From an uncultured Acidobacteriaceae bacterium (GTDB lineage: Bacteria > Acidobacteriota > Terriglobia > Terriglobales > Acidobacteriaceae): DNA of 64,000 nucleotides. Below are positions 1 to 10,014 of the stretch, piece after piece. A program made the position numbers and the translations under genes. Each line of letters starts with the position of its first letter. Within the stretch, counting starts at the first letter, position 1. Under the pieces are notes generated by a model that did no database searches, was not told where the DNA came from, and saw only the letters and a list, made by a program, of their open reading frames with translations. The DNA is taken from the NCBI GenBank assembly GCA_963718395.1, contig CAVQYW010000003.1, forward strand, positions 4,513 to 68,512. The letters are read 5' to 3'.

Positions 1-1
1 G

Positions 2-667
2 AATCATCCGGAAATGGGTCCAATTCCTCCAGAGAAACTCATTAGCCTCGCCGAGAACAGCGGATTGATCCTGCCTCTCGGAGAATGGGTGCTTCGGACT
101 GCATGCTCGCAAGCTCTGAACTGGCAACAGGAAGGTCTTCCGGCGCTTCCGGTGGCCGTCAACGTTTCGGCAGTCCAGCTTCGCAAGCAAGGATTCGCTG
201 AACTTGTCGAGCAGGTTCTCAAAGAAACCAGACTGCCTCCCGAATGTCTCGATCTGGAACTCACGGAGAGCCTCTTGATCTCGAATGCGGATAGGATGCT
301 TTCGGTGATGAGGAGTTTGCGCAGGCTTGGCGTGAAGCTCACCATTGACGATTTTGGAACTGGTTATTCCAGTCTGAGCTACCTAAACAAGTTCCCCGTA
401 CACAAGTTAAAAATCGACCGCTCGTTTGTGCAAGATCTGGGGACGAATCGTGATTCATCGGCGATCACAACGACTATCATCAGCTTAGCCAAAGCGATAA
501 ATCTAACCGTACTTGCCGAAGGCGTGGAAACCGAATCGCAATTGGCATACCTGAGGGCAAACGGCTGCGACGAGGTTCAGGGATTTTACTTCGGTGTGCC
601 TTTAGACGCGGACGTTTTCACAGAGACTCTTCGATGTCCTGCAGCAAGCCGCAGCGGAGACATGTGA
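2..667 (+). CDS. EAL-domain c-di-GMP phosphodiesterase, C-terminal part (gene starts left of window)
   Basis: Frame is open from the window edge. Translation shows EAL-domain blocks (NHPEMGPIPPEKLISLAENSGLI, LELTES, IDDFGTGYSSLSYL, KLKIDRSFV, LAEGVETESQ, GCDEVQGFYF). Confidence 0.85.
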   Translation, partial: NHPEMGPIPPEKLISLAENSGLILPLGEWVLRTACSQALNWQQEGLPALPVAVNVSAVQLRKQGFAELVEQVLKETRLPPECLDLELTESLLISNADRMLSVMRSLRRLGVKLTIDDFGTGYSSLSYLNKFPVHKLKIDRSFVQDLGTNRDSSAITTTIISLAKAINLTVLAEGVETESQLAYLRANGCDEVQGFYFGVPLDADVFTETLRCPAASRSGDM

Positions 668-1083
668 TCACACCAGGCGCTCGTCGGCCCTGTGCCTTCT
701 TTAGAATTCTTGGCTGAAGTTCCATGCCACCGCACTCCGATCGCAGTTCCAGATCAGCAGGGGGGCGACAGGCGTCGGGCGTGCGATCTCGCTTGATACG
801 GGGGCATGGCTTGGATTGCCTTGCCTCGGCCGGAACGGCGTTCATCGTGCTTCCGTAGCGATCGTCTGCAACGCGGTGAATTGCATTGCCGGCGAGCTTT
901 TTTGCTTCACCGCGCCCGCGGTGGATCCGGTGATCTCGGAGCGAATACACAATTTTCCCACTTGCGCACTAGCCCCGATTCTCAAAGGTTAGAGCGTCCC
1001 TTTTGCCCCAGCGAGATAGGACCAAGAGCCTATAGCCAGGCAGCCTGTCCGTATGTAACCTGCCCTCGAAAGGGGCTTAGAAG

Positions 1084-1461
1084 GTGGCGCCTTTGATAGC
1101 CATTGTGGACGATGAAGCGTCGGTGCAACGCGCGATCGGACGATTAGTCAGATCGGCTGGACTGGAAGCGGAGTGCTTTTCTTCTGCGGAGGAGTTTCTG
1201 GAAGCGCACTCGGTGCGCACCCATGACTGCCTGATCCTGGATTTGCGTTTGCCCGGGATAAGCGGGCGTGAGCTTCAGAGCCGATTGGTTGACAGCGACA
1301 CGAGCAGTAACACTCCTATCATTTTCGTCTCAGCACAGGACGATCCAGAGTCGCGGAGCGAGGCGTTGAGCGCCGGCGCTGCCGCATTCTTCGGTAAACC
1401 ATTCGATCAGGAAATACTGCTTCAGGCGATTCAGGCGGTAGTACGCGATGATAAAGGGTAG
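1084..1461 (+). CDS. stand-alone response-regulator receiver (CheY-like)
   Basis: 125 aa, GTG start. Receiver signature IAIVDDE ... CLILDLRLPGISG ... FGKPF. Confidence 0.8.
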   Translation: MAPLIAIVDDEASVQRAIGRLVRSAGLEAECFSSAEEFLEAHSVRTHDCLILDLRLPGISGRELQSRLVDSDTSSNTPIIFVSAQDDPESRSEALSAGAAAFFGKPFDQEILLQAIQAVVRDDKG

Positions 1462-1897
1462 ACGCGCACCTGACTGTGTTCGAGTAATTTCCTGGTTGAC
1501 ACAGAATGACGCTTGCGCTCTACAGGAAAGTAGAATTAATTGACAACACTACCGGCTTTACGACGCTCCCGAGTTTTCCTTTCCGGGCCCATAGGAGGAG
1601 CGTAGTCATGGGCCGCTCTTTTCCGTTGGTCGCAGCGGCCTAGCGGGTATCACGAGAACAAAAGAGATATTTATTAGCTCACAAGAGTTCAGGAGCGCGG
1701 TATCGCCATCCCCCGGTTCGTCGTTCCTGCTCAGCGCGCGCGGAGTGCAAGTTTGCCTGAAACTAGCCCCCTGTTTTCGACATACCTGAACACCGTCGCC
1801 CTTCCATCATTCATCCCAACTCTCAGCGACAGTCTCCAGAGCAACCAGGCGAAACTGCTCCGCCGCTCGTCATCCCAGGCCCCCAGATGGAGGAGCA

Positions 1898-4800
1898 ATG
1901 GGTGATCAAAAAAACCTCGTCACGGCGGAGCGCTCCTCCGACAAATCAGAGCAACCAGGCTATGCCGAGGACTGCCTGGTTGGTGGAGGACACATGGGCG
2001 CGCTTATGCGCTCCATAGACTGGTCCAAGACCCCAATCGGCCCGGTGCGATCATGGTCGCCGACATTGCGGATGATGGTGCGGCTGATGTTGTGGAACCG
2101 CCTGCAGATCTTCCTTTGGTGGGGTCCGCACTTTGTGCAGATGTACAACGATGCTGCCTGGCCGGCACTTGGAACCAAGCACCCTCGCTCCATGGGACAA
2201 GCTGCCAGCGAGTGTTGGTCCGAAATCTGGCACATCATTGGACCACTCATCGAAGCGCCGTTTCGCGGTGGCCAGGCGACCTGGATGGAGGACATCTTCC
2301 TGGAGATGAATCGCAAAGGATTCATGGAGGAGACGCACTGGACCATCGCATACAGCCCCGTCCTGGACGAAATGGCGCCGGGCGGAATTGGCGGGGTCAT
2401 CGGCACGGTGAATGAGATCACCGAGAAAATTGTGGGTGAACGCCGGGTGCTATTGCTGCGTGACCTTGGTGCTCGCTCCTCTGAGGCCAAAACGGCTGAG
2501 GCCGCCTGCGTCATAGCAGCGGAAATTATGAATCAGCATTGCGAGGACGTGCCCTTCGCGCTGCTGTACCTGGTGAGTGAGGATCGAAAGACGGCCCACT
2601 TGGCAGGCGCTGCCGGGGTTGCGCTGGGTCAACCGGAAAGTCCGATGGAAGTTGATCTGCACAGGGAAGCTACAGATGAGCCGGTCTGGCCGCTCGCAGA
2701 GGCACTGTCGCAGGAGCAGGTGCAATTCGTCGAGGAGTTGGGAAGCAAGCTATCGCATGTTCCGCCAGGGCCATGGTCCGATCCGCCGCGCCCGGCGGTG
2801 GTCTGTCCAGTACGGTCGAACATCGCTCATCAACTTGCCGGACTACTCGTCCTTGGGGTTAGCTCACGGCTGACTTTCGATGATCGCTACCGCGGGTTCT
2901 GTGATCTGGTATCCGGACAGATTGCGACCGCCATTGCTAATGCCCGGGCTTACGAGGAAGAGCGCAAGCGTGCCGAAGCACTGGCCGAGATTGATCGTGC
3001 CAAGACCCAGTTCTTCAGCAACGTCAGCCATGAATTCCGCACCCCGCTCACGCTCATGCTGGGTCCCATCGAGGAGATGCTGTCCGGTGGCAACGGAACC
3101 GTGACCATTCCCAGGCATGAACTCGAGTTAGTTCATCGCAACTGCCTGCGTCTGTTGAAGCTGGTAAATGCGCTTTTGGATTTCTCCCGGATTGAAGCCG
3201 GCAGGGCGCAGGCTTCCTACGAACCGGTGGACCTGCCGGCATTCACAGCGGAGCTGGCAAGCGTGTTTCGCGCGGCCATCGAAAAAGCCGGTCTTCGGCT
3301 CGACATCGACTGCCCTCGGTTGGATGAGCCGGTGTACGTAGATAGCTGCATGTGGGAGAAGATCGTCCTGAATCTGCTTTCAAACGCCTTTAAATTCACA
3401 TTCGAGGGCGAAATCACGGTTGCTCTTAAGCGGCGAAACGAGCACGTGGAACTTTCTATAGCCGACACGGGAACTGGAATTGCGGAGGACCAACTGCCGA
3501 GGCTCTTCGAGCGATTTCATCGGATTGAAGGGGCGCGCGGAAGAACGTTCGAAGGTTCCGGCATCGGCCTCGCGTTGGTGCAGGAATTGGCCAAGCTGCA
3601 CGGAGGCGATGTGAAGGTTGCCAGCACCTATGGAAAAGGCACGCAGTTCACGGTGTCCATTCCCATGGAAAGGGCTCATCTTCCCACGAAGCGTACAGAA
3701 CCAGCGCCCGTATCTCACACTGTCGGAGCGAACGCTTACGTGCAAGAGGCGCTTCGCTGGCTGCCCGACACCGATATTGCGGCTCCGTCCGGACCAGCCG
3801 CTGCTCAGGCTAACGAGATTGGTGAGCGCAGAAGGATCCTCTTCGCAGACGACAATGCCGATCTACGCCAATACGTGCAGCGGCTGTTATCGGCAGACTA
3901 CGAAGTCAAGGTTGTGCCGGACGGCGAAGCCGCATTGGCGGCCGCACGACACACGGCGCCTGACCTCGTGTTGACCGACGTGATGATGCCTCGGCTGGAC
4001 GGGTTCGGCCTGTTGAAGGCATTGCGCGATGATCCTGCAACTCGCAACGTCCCAGTGATTCTTCTCTCCGCAAGAGCAGGTGAGGAGTCACGCGTCGAAG
4101 GGCTTTCGGCGGGAGCAACGGACTACCTGATGAAGCCGTTCAGTGCGGTCGAACTGCTTGCCCGCATTCGCAACTGTCTGAATGTCGCGACGGAAAATCT
4201 AAAAGCACAACGAAGCCTCTACGCCCTAGTCGAGAATAGCCCCGATTTCATCGGCTTCGCAGCAATTGACGGTAAGGCGCTGTTCCTGAACCCGGCGGGA
4301 AGGCGACTGGTCGGACTCAACGAAGACGAGGTCAAAGAGACAGTTCCCCTTGACTATGTCTTTGAAGAAGACCGTGAGCTTGTGAAAGTGGGCCTCGCCA
4401 CTGCCCTTCAAGCGAGCACATGGGAGGGAGAAGTACGTTTCCGGAACTTCAAAACAGGCGCAATTGTCCCGATGTTCCAACACATATTCCTGCTCAAAGA
4501 GAGCGACGGCCGGCATATTGGCTTGGGCACCATTAGCCGTGACTTAACTGAACGCAAGCGTTTCGAAGCCGGCTTGCGCGAGGCGCAGACGGAATTGGCT
4601 CGCTTCTCGCGCGTGGCCTCAATGGGGGAGCTGACGGCGTCCATTGCTCACGAGATCAACCAGCCCTTGACTGCCATTGTCGCGAATGCCAGCGCATGCA
4701 CGCGGATGTTGGCCTCTCCCTCGCCAGACCTGGGAGAAGTTCGACTGGCGGTGGAAGACATTGCGGATTCCGGGCGGCGTGCGTCAGAAGTCGTTTCCCG

Positions 4801-5290
4801 CATTCGTGGGCTGCTAAACAAATCGCATTCTGAGAAATGCCGGCTTGCAATAAACGAAGTCATCGCCGAAGTGCTTCCCCTCGTGCGAGGAGAGTTGGAC
4901 AAATATCAAACCAAGCTCTACACAGAGTTACAGGTTGATCTCCCGCCGGTCTTAGGCGATCGGATCGAACTGCAGCAGGTCCTGATCAATCTCCTGTTGA
5001 ACGGCATGGAAGCGATGGCGTCGGTCTCGGACAGGCCTCGAACGTTAATAGTTTGTTCCAACTCCAATTCGGGTGAAGTTGTGGTAGCGGTACGCGACAC
5101 TGGCGTGGGGTTGCCTCCGGATAAGTCGGGAGCAATTTTTAATGCGTTCTTCACCACCAAACAAGGCGGAATGGGAATGGGATTGGCCATCTCCCGAACC
5201 ATAATCGAATCTCATGGTGGAAAGCTTTGGGCGGCGTCAAACCAAACTGGCGGTACAACATTTCAGTTCGCGCTCTGTGCAGCCGCGTAA
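1898..5290 (+). CDS. hybrid sensor histidine kinase with two transmitter cores and an internal receiver
   Basis: 1130-aa ORF with GGAGGA before the ATG. Order in translation: sensor region, H-box FFSNVSHEFRTPLT, ATPase boxes DTGTGI / GSGIGLALV, receiver (ILFADDN, DLVLTDVMMPRLDG, MKPF), PAS-like segment, second H-box SIAHEINQPLTAI, second ATPase (RDTGVGL, GMGMGLAISR). Confidence 0.9.
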   Translation: MGDQKNLVTAERSSDKSEQPGYAEDCLVGGGHMGALMRSIDWSKTPIGPVRSWSPTLRMMVRLMLWNRLQIFLWWGPHFVQMYNDAAWPALGTKHPRSMGQAASECWSEIWHIIGPLIEAPFRGGQATWMEDIFLEMNRKGFMEETHWTIAYSPVLDEMAPGGIGGVIGTVNEITEKIVGERRVLLLRDLGARSSEAKTAEAACVIAAEIMNQHCEDVPFALLYLVSEDRKTAHLAGAAGVALGQPESPMEVDLHREATDEPVWPLAEALSQEQVQFVEELGSKLSHVPPGPWSDPPRPAVVCPVRSNIAHQLAGLLVLGVSSRLTFDDRYRGFCDLVSGQIATAIANARAYEEERKRAEALAEIDRAKTQFFSNVSHEFRTPLTLMLGPIEEMLSGGNGTVTIPRHELELVHRNCLRLLKLVNALLDFSRIEAGRAQASYEPVDLPAFTAELASVFRAAIEKAGLRLDIDCPRLDEPVYVDSCMWEKIVLNLLSNAFKFTFEGEITVALKRRNEHVELSIADTGTGIAEDQLPRLFERFHRIEGARGRTFEGSGIGLALVQELAKLHGGDVKVASTYGKGTQFTVSIPMERAHLPTKRTEPAPVSHTVGANAYVQEALRWLPDTDIAAPSGPAAAQANEIGERRRILFADDNADLRQYVQRLLSADYEVKVVPDGEAALAAARHTAPDLVLTDVMMPRLDGFGLLKALRDDPATRNVPVILLSARAGEESRVEGLSAGATDYLMKPFSAVELLARIRNCLNVATENLKAQRSLYALVENSPDFIGFAAIDGKALFLNPAGRRLVGLNEDEVKETVPLDYVFEEDRELVKVGLATALQASTWEGEVRFRNFKTGAIVPMFQHIFLLKESDGRHIGLGTISRDLTERKRFEAGLREAQTELARFSRVASMGELTASIAHEINQPLTAIVANASACTRMLASPSPDLGEVRLAVEDIADSGRRASEVVSRIRGLLNKSHSEKCRLAINEVIAEVLPLVRGELDKYQTKLYTELQVDLPPVLGDRIELQQVLINLLLNGMEAMASVSDRPRTLIVCSNSNSGEVVVAVRDTGVGLPPDKSGAIFNAFFTTKQGGMGMGLAISRTIIESHGGKLWAASNQTGGTTFQFALCAAA

Positions 5291-5299
5291 GAGGCCAGC

Positions 5300-5935
5300 A
5301 TGCCCGACCTTCGGCCGGTGGTATTCGTCGTGGATGACGACCCAGATGTGCGGGCCGCTCTCAGAAGATTGGTTCACTCTGTGGGCTTCGATGTGGAGAC
5401 GTTTACCTCGGCGAGTGAATTTCTAAGCGCCAAGCGCACCCGGGTGCCGGGTTGCGTGATTCTCGATGTTCGTCTGCCGGACCTGAGCGGGCTTAACCTG
5501 CAAGAGAGGCTCACAGGTGCGGACGTTGACCTGCCTATTATCTTCATCACCGGGTATGGGGACATTCCAATGACAGTGCGCGCCATGAAAGCCGGCGCGT
5601 TGGATTTCTTGACGAAGCCGTTCCGAGACCAGGAACTGCTGGATGCCATTCAGCGTGGCATCGACAAGCACCGCGCGCGGTTGACGAAACGCGCAGAAAT
5701 CTCCCAATTGCAGATGCGTTTGCAGTTGCTCACCCCTCGTGAGCGGCAAGTCTTCCCGCTCGTGGCCGGTGGCTGGCTCAACAAACAGATTGCAGCCGAG
5801 CTGGGAACGAGCGAGAAGACCATCAAGATTCATCGCGGCCAGGTGATGGCGAAGATGAAGGCTGATTCTGTAGCCGACTTGGTCCGAATGGCGGAAAAAC
5901 TGGGTCTCGCAGCTTCCATCAATACAGCGACATAA
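5300..5935 (+). CDS. FixJ/LuxR-family response regulator
   Basis: Receiver (VFVVDDD, CVILDVRLPDLSG, TKPF) plus LuxR HTH (LTPRERQVFPLVAGGWLNKQIAAELGTSEKTIKIHRGQVM). Starts 9 nt after the kinase stop. Confidence 0.9.
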   Translation: MPDLRPVVFVVDDDPDVRAALRRLVHSVGFDVETFTSASEFLSAKRTRVPGCVILDVRLPDLSGLNLQERLTGADVDLPIIFITGYGDIPMTVRAMKAGALDFLTKPFRDQELLDAIQRGIDKHRARLTKRAEISQLQMRLQLLTPRERQVFPLVAGGWLNKQIAAELGTSEKTIKIHRGQVMAKMKADSVADLVRMAEKLGLAASINTAT

Positions 5936-6210
5936 AGGCCCACGCCGTCCCCCCCCAAAGCAGATGGGACTAAGACCAAGGGCCAATAGTAATTCCTTCA
6001 TCCGCTCAATACTCTCATTCCCAATGGGTGGCACAGAGGCTTAGGCCAGAGCTCAGCATGGATTCTCCGGCGTGCGAACGTCAGCGTTGGTACCCTCGTT
6101 ACGACAATTCAGAAGCCTGTTCACCGCACGCGAGCCGCCCGAACCTGCTCCCTGGAGTGATGACGTGCTCCGAAGCTGTCTCAGCCGGATTCAGATACAA
6201 GGAGACTTTG

Positions 6211-7035
6211 ATGTCGAACAACTCTCGCAATACCACGGTCCGCACACAGCTTCCACAACTGCTGAAGGGCCGGGCCCAAAGAGGGATACTTGATGCCGTG
6301 CAGACGATTTCGAAGAATGGCAGCAATGGTTTCCCACGCCCGCGATCCGAACAGACTCGGACATCCGATAGTCAGTGCTTTCTCGAACCGCGTGAAAAGC
6401 TGACTCTCTTGGTGGCGGACAATCATCCCGTGGTATTGGCCGGGGTGGCGTCTATGCTGTCCGGCCGCAAAGACATGAACATTGTGGAGCAGGCGCGCAA
6501 TGGACGAGAGGCGGTCGAGAAGTTTCTTAGGCTTCGTCCCGATGTCGGTGTCTTAGAAGTTAGGATGCCGGTAATGGACGGGATCGAGGCTGTCGACGCG
6601 ATTCGCGCGAGACTTCCTGGTGCTCGCCTGCTCATGTTTACCGCCTGTCAAAGCGAGGAGGATGTGTACCGCGCTGTGCGCGCCGGCGCCCAGGGCTACG
6701 TATTCAAGAACGCACCGACGGAGGAACTCGTGCAGAGCATCCACGCCGTAGGCTCAGGACAACAGTGGATCCCGCTGATGGCAGCCTCTCAGCTGGCAAG
6801 GAGGATCGCCGACCGTGAGTTGACAGTGCGCGAGCAGGAAGTGCTGCTCGCAATCACCAGCGGAAAGAGCAATAAGGAAATCGGCGTGGCACTGAATATC
6901 AGTGAAGCTACCGTGAAGGTGCATGTCACTCACATTCTGGAGAAGCTCAAAGCCAGCGGGCGCACGGAGGCCATCCGGCTGGCGGTGCAACGCGGACTGG
7001 TTTACCTTGACGCCCCAGCTCTTGCCGCAGCCTGA
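6211..7035 (+). CDS. NarL/LuxR-family response regulator
   Basis: Receiver (LLVADNHPVV, VGVLEVRMPVMDG) plus LuxR HTH (LTVREQEVLLAITSGKSNKEIGVALNISEATVKVHVTHIL). The ORF opens at 6028, but ATG 6211 is preceded by AAGGAG. Confidence 0.85.
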   Translation: MSNNSRNTTVRTQLPQLLKGRAQRGILDAVQTISKNGSNGFPRPRSEQTRTSDSQCFLEPREKLTLLVADNHPVVLAGVASMLSGRKDMNIVEQARNGREAVEKFLRLRPDVGVLEVRMPVMDGIEAVDAIRARLPGARLLMFTACQSEEDVYRAVRAGAQGYVFKNAPTEELVQSIHAVGSGQQWIPLMAASQLARRIADRELTVREQEVLLAITSGKSNKEIGVALNISEATVKVHVTHILEKLKASGRTEAIRLAVQRGLVYLDAPALAAA

Positions 7036-7082
7036 CTCCTACGGGGTTCTGGATGATTAATAGAGCAGCTAAGGGAGTGGGC

Positions 7083-7706
7083 ATGACCGTCATCAAGGGG
7101 TATCTGGGGTATGAGCCAGCCCGCATCCTCGCGGTGGATGACTCGCCTGCGATCCGTGCCACGTGGCAGGCACTGTTGGCGGGCGAGAAGTATCAAACTG
7201 AACTGGCAAGCAATGGAATTGAGGCCCTAAAGAAAATGAGGAGCTTTCTGCCGGACCTCCTTCTGTCAGACCTCCGCATGCCGGAGATGTCGGGTTTCGA
7301 ACTGCTTGCCGTGGTTCGCAAACGGTTCCCGCATATCACCACGGTTGCGGTGAGCGGCGAATTGAGTGCCCGCGAAATCAGCGCTGCGGTGGCGGACCTG
7401 TTCATCGAGAAGGGAAGCTACTCGTCCCCTCAGTTCCTGGGGTTCATCAAAGACTTGCTGGCGCGCTCGCCACTCCGATCTCGCCTGCCTCAGGCAGAGA
7501 AAATTCCTTTCTGCCTGCCCCAGACTTTCCTGGGAAAGTATGGACTGACATGCAGCGAATGCCTGCGGTACTTCGAATTCGCCCCAAACGACGCCCACCC
7601 TGGCCACGCACGCGTGACGTGTTGTCCTTATTGCAACGCGGAGCTGACTTATTTCGTGGATCCAATCGGCAACAGGGAACCGTTTCTGCCGCGTCCCGCA
7701 GCGTGA
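7083..7706 (+). CDS. response-regulator receiver fused to a C-terminal Cys4 zinc-ribbon-like tail
   Basis: Receiver (ILAVDDSP, DLLLSDLRMPEMSG, FIEKG) then CSEC ... CCPYC. ATG 7083 is preceded by AAGGGAG; an alternative ATG lies at 7053. Confidence 0.75.
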   Translation: MTVIKGYLGYEPARILAVDDSPAIRATWQALLAGEKYQTELASNGIEALKKMRSFLPDLLLSDLRMPEMSGFELLAVVRKRFPHITTVAVSGELSAREISAAVADLFIEKGSYSSPQFLGFIKDLLARSPLRSRLPQAEKIPFCLPQTFLGKYGLTCSECLRYFEFAPNDAHPGHARVTCCPYCNAELTYFVDPIGNREPFLPRPAA

Positions 7707-7776
7707 CATCGAGACAACGCAAGACGGGCGATTCCGCAAACAAATCTTCACCGGCCTAGAGTCATGAAGCGGTGTT

Positions 7777-8412
7777 CTATTTCTGTCCCTTTCCGTTGTT
7801 CTGATTCACTACCTGCAGATTGTTGGTTACGCTAAACACTCCCGGCACCGAGTTCGCCCGAATCCCAGCAACATTTTTATCGCTCTCGTTATCCACTACG
7901 CCGTCCAGCATGACGTGGCCATTCTTCACAATGATATGAATCGAAGGAATTGTCATGTTGGCGTACTTGAACAGCGGGCCGTATCGATAGATTGCCCGGT
8001 AGGTCTCCATGCGAATACGGTCGTCCATGGAGCTGGGCGGAAGGACCTCGATATTGTTAACGACCTTCTCTACGCCTTCGATATGCTTGACGGAATTTTC
8101 GGCTTCGCTTTTCGTGATGGCGTCTTGGCTGGTCACGTATCCCGACAAGATTACGGTGCTTCCCTCAACCTGGAACTTCAGATCGTCGAATACGCCGTAG
8201 TAGGGTAACATCAGCAACTCGTGGCGAACTTCGCGAATCAGGCGGTTCTCATCTTGCGGAGAGAGCGCATTGTCGGCTTCCGTCGCCTGATCGCTGCCTT
8301 GTTGTGTGAAGTCCGCAGGCGTTGGTGGGTTTTTCTTCGCGACGACAAGGCCGCTAGAAGCAAGCAGAAACATCAGGCAAATCGGAACGGCAGTGTACCA
8401 GCGTAGTTTCAT
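7777..8412 (-). CDS. secreted BON-domain protein
   Basis: Signal peptide MKLRWYTAVPICLMFLLASSG. Two BON-like segments (TVILSGYVTSQDAITKSEAE; HVMLDGVVDNESDKNVAGIRANSVPGVFSVTNNLQV). AGGAGA precedes ATG 8412. Confidence 0.8.
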   Translation of the reverse strand: MKLRWYTAVPICLMFLLASSGLVVAKKNPPTPADFTQQGSDQATEADNALSPQDENRLIREVRHELLMLPYYGVFDDLKFQVEGSTVILSGYVTSQDAITKSEAENSVKHIEGVEKVVNNIEVLPPSSMDDRIRMETYRAIYRYGPLFKYANMTIPSIHIIVKNGHVMLDGVVDNESDKNVAGIRANSVPGVFSVTNNLQVVNQNNGKGQK

Positions 8413-8413
8413 A

Positions 8414-9391
8414 TCAATTCTCCTGTTTTCGGCGGGTCTCAACTCTGCGCTGTTTGCGATTGAGCTTGAGGAAGGCGCCGAGCTTTTCTTTCAGAGCTGC
8501 GAAACTCCGACCAGATTCTTCCTTGTTCTTTAGCTGCTTTTCGAGCTTGGAAATTTCTTCGTTCAGCGAGGCATATTCTGGTGCCCTGCTGGCGTAACCC
8601 AATAGCCTGGCACGCAGGAGTTCATTTCTTGCGGTTTCCAGGAGCCGCAGAGCCTCCGCCGGATTATCGAGTTGTGCTTGCGCATTGTTGATGGCGTCGC
8701 GGGCCACAATCAACGGAATTGGAGTGACCTCATCCAGAGCGGCAAGTGTATTCAGTGCCGCGCTCAAGAGAGAGGCTGCCTCGTCGCTCTTTCCCTGTTG
8801 GAGAAAACGGGAGGCGTCTTTCAGAGCTTTGGGACAGGTTGCCAACGGCAGGTTATAGATGCGTACGCGAACTTCGCTCATCAGGGCATGCAACAGAGTT
8901 CGAGCGTCAGGGAAGTTCTCTTCGTCAAAGGCCAGAGAAGCGTCCTTTGCGATCTCAAGTATTTGCTCGCTATCTCTCGGCGCAGTGTCGATGACCCTGG
9001 CTTGCAGATCGACCGGCAGGAGCGCCGACGCCGGATTGCGCGTTAGCAGGAGGTCGAGTTTACCCTGCGCCCGCTCGATTGCTTCCCTGGCTTCCCTGGT
9101 CTTGCCATCTGCAATATGCAGGAGAGCCTCCCTGGTTTCCTCGACCGCGACTACAGCCTCATCGTCCAGAATCTTTCTGGCTTGCCGCTCCGCCTCCTGG
9201 CGCTCGCTCTCGACCGTGGTCTGTGTGCGCCGGCTCTGCGGTTCAGGCGGACTCGGCTGAGCTGCGGGGGGACTCTCGCCTTCGGCTGAACTGACAGACG
9301 CGAGCCCCACGCAGCCGGACCAAGCCGACAGAATGAGCGCCAAGGTTTCACTGGGGTTGTTCAATAGCAAGATCCACTCCGGAAAATGCAT
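8414..9391 (-). CDS. secreted helical-repeat protein, YfdX-like
   Basis: N-terminal hydrophobic/lipobox-like segment LALILSAWSGC. Repeated helical hairpins (EETREALLHIADGKTREAREAIERAQGKL; FLQQGKSDEAASLLSAALNTL; NPAEALRLLETARNELLRARLLG). The stop lies 1 nt from the BON start. The family name is recalled from memory, not from a search. Confidence 0.5.
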   Translation of the reverse strand: MHFPEWILLLNNPSETLALILSAWSGCVGLASVSSAEGESPPAAQPSPPEPQSRRTQTTVESERQEAERQARKILDDEAVVAVEETREALLHIADGKTREAREAIERAQGKLDLLLTRNPASALLPVDLQARVIDTAPRDSEQILEIAKDASLAFDEENFPDARTLLHALMSEVRVRIYNLPLATCPKALKDASRFLQQGKSDEAASLLSAALNTLAALDEVTPIPLIVARDAINNAQAQLDNPAEALRLLETARNELLRARLLGYASRAPEYASLNEEISKLEKQLKNKEESGRSFAALKEKLGAFLKLNRKQRRVETRRKQEN

Positions 9392-9401
9392 TTCAGGCCG
9401 G

Positions 9402-9734
9402 CTACTGTGGCACTGCTTCAACCTGAATAATGTGGATGACGTTGTTGTCAGGATCCACGTGCACGATGAGGCCCACGGGCTGCCCCTCGTGTCCCGACAA
9501 AGCATCTGGATTACTCACGCCGTATGTCTTGTTGTCACTGTTATCGGTAAACGACTTTCCGTTCTTACTGACGGTGCCCGACATGTGCTGGTTTCCCGCC
9601 GAGGTTGTCTGAGCGTTTTGCTGAAACGCTCCCTGTTGCGGTTGACTGTTGCTCTGGCTGCCCTTGCTCTGGGCGCACGCGACCATCGCCAGCCCGAACA
9701 GCAGGACAACCATTGCGGACAATATCTTCTTCAT
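9402..9734 (-). CDS. small lipoprotein, unknown function
   Basis: 110 aa with lipobox signal MKKILSAMVVLLFGLAMVAC. First gene of a three-gene minus-strand unit. Confidence 0.6.
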   Translation of the reverse strand: MKKILSAMVVLLFGLAMVACAQSKGSQSNSQPQQGAFQQNAQTTSAGNQHMSGTVSKNGKSFTDNSDNKTYGVSNPDALSGHEGQPVGLIVHVDPDNNVIHIIQVEAVPQ

Positions 9735-10014
9735 CGAATGCTCCTTTCGTCACAGAAACGGTGACACCTTTCTAGATAGAGGCTAGTTGCCGCAATGTCG
9801 AAGAACAATTCGGCAGTAGGAGGAAATCTAGCTACGACTTCAGCTTTACGTAAGAATCGTCGGTATCTAATCCAAACGACGTATGGTTACCTCTGACGCA
9901 CGACTAACCATCCGCTAAGAGCTTTCTCGGAAAAATTGTTCGTTCTCTTGATGAATTGCCCCGGCTTGCACCCACAGTTAGGCTGCATACGAGAACGCAT
10001 CCTGGAGGATCGTA

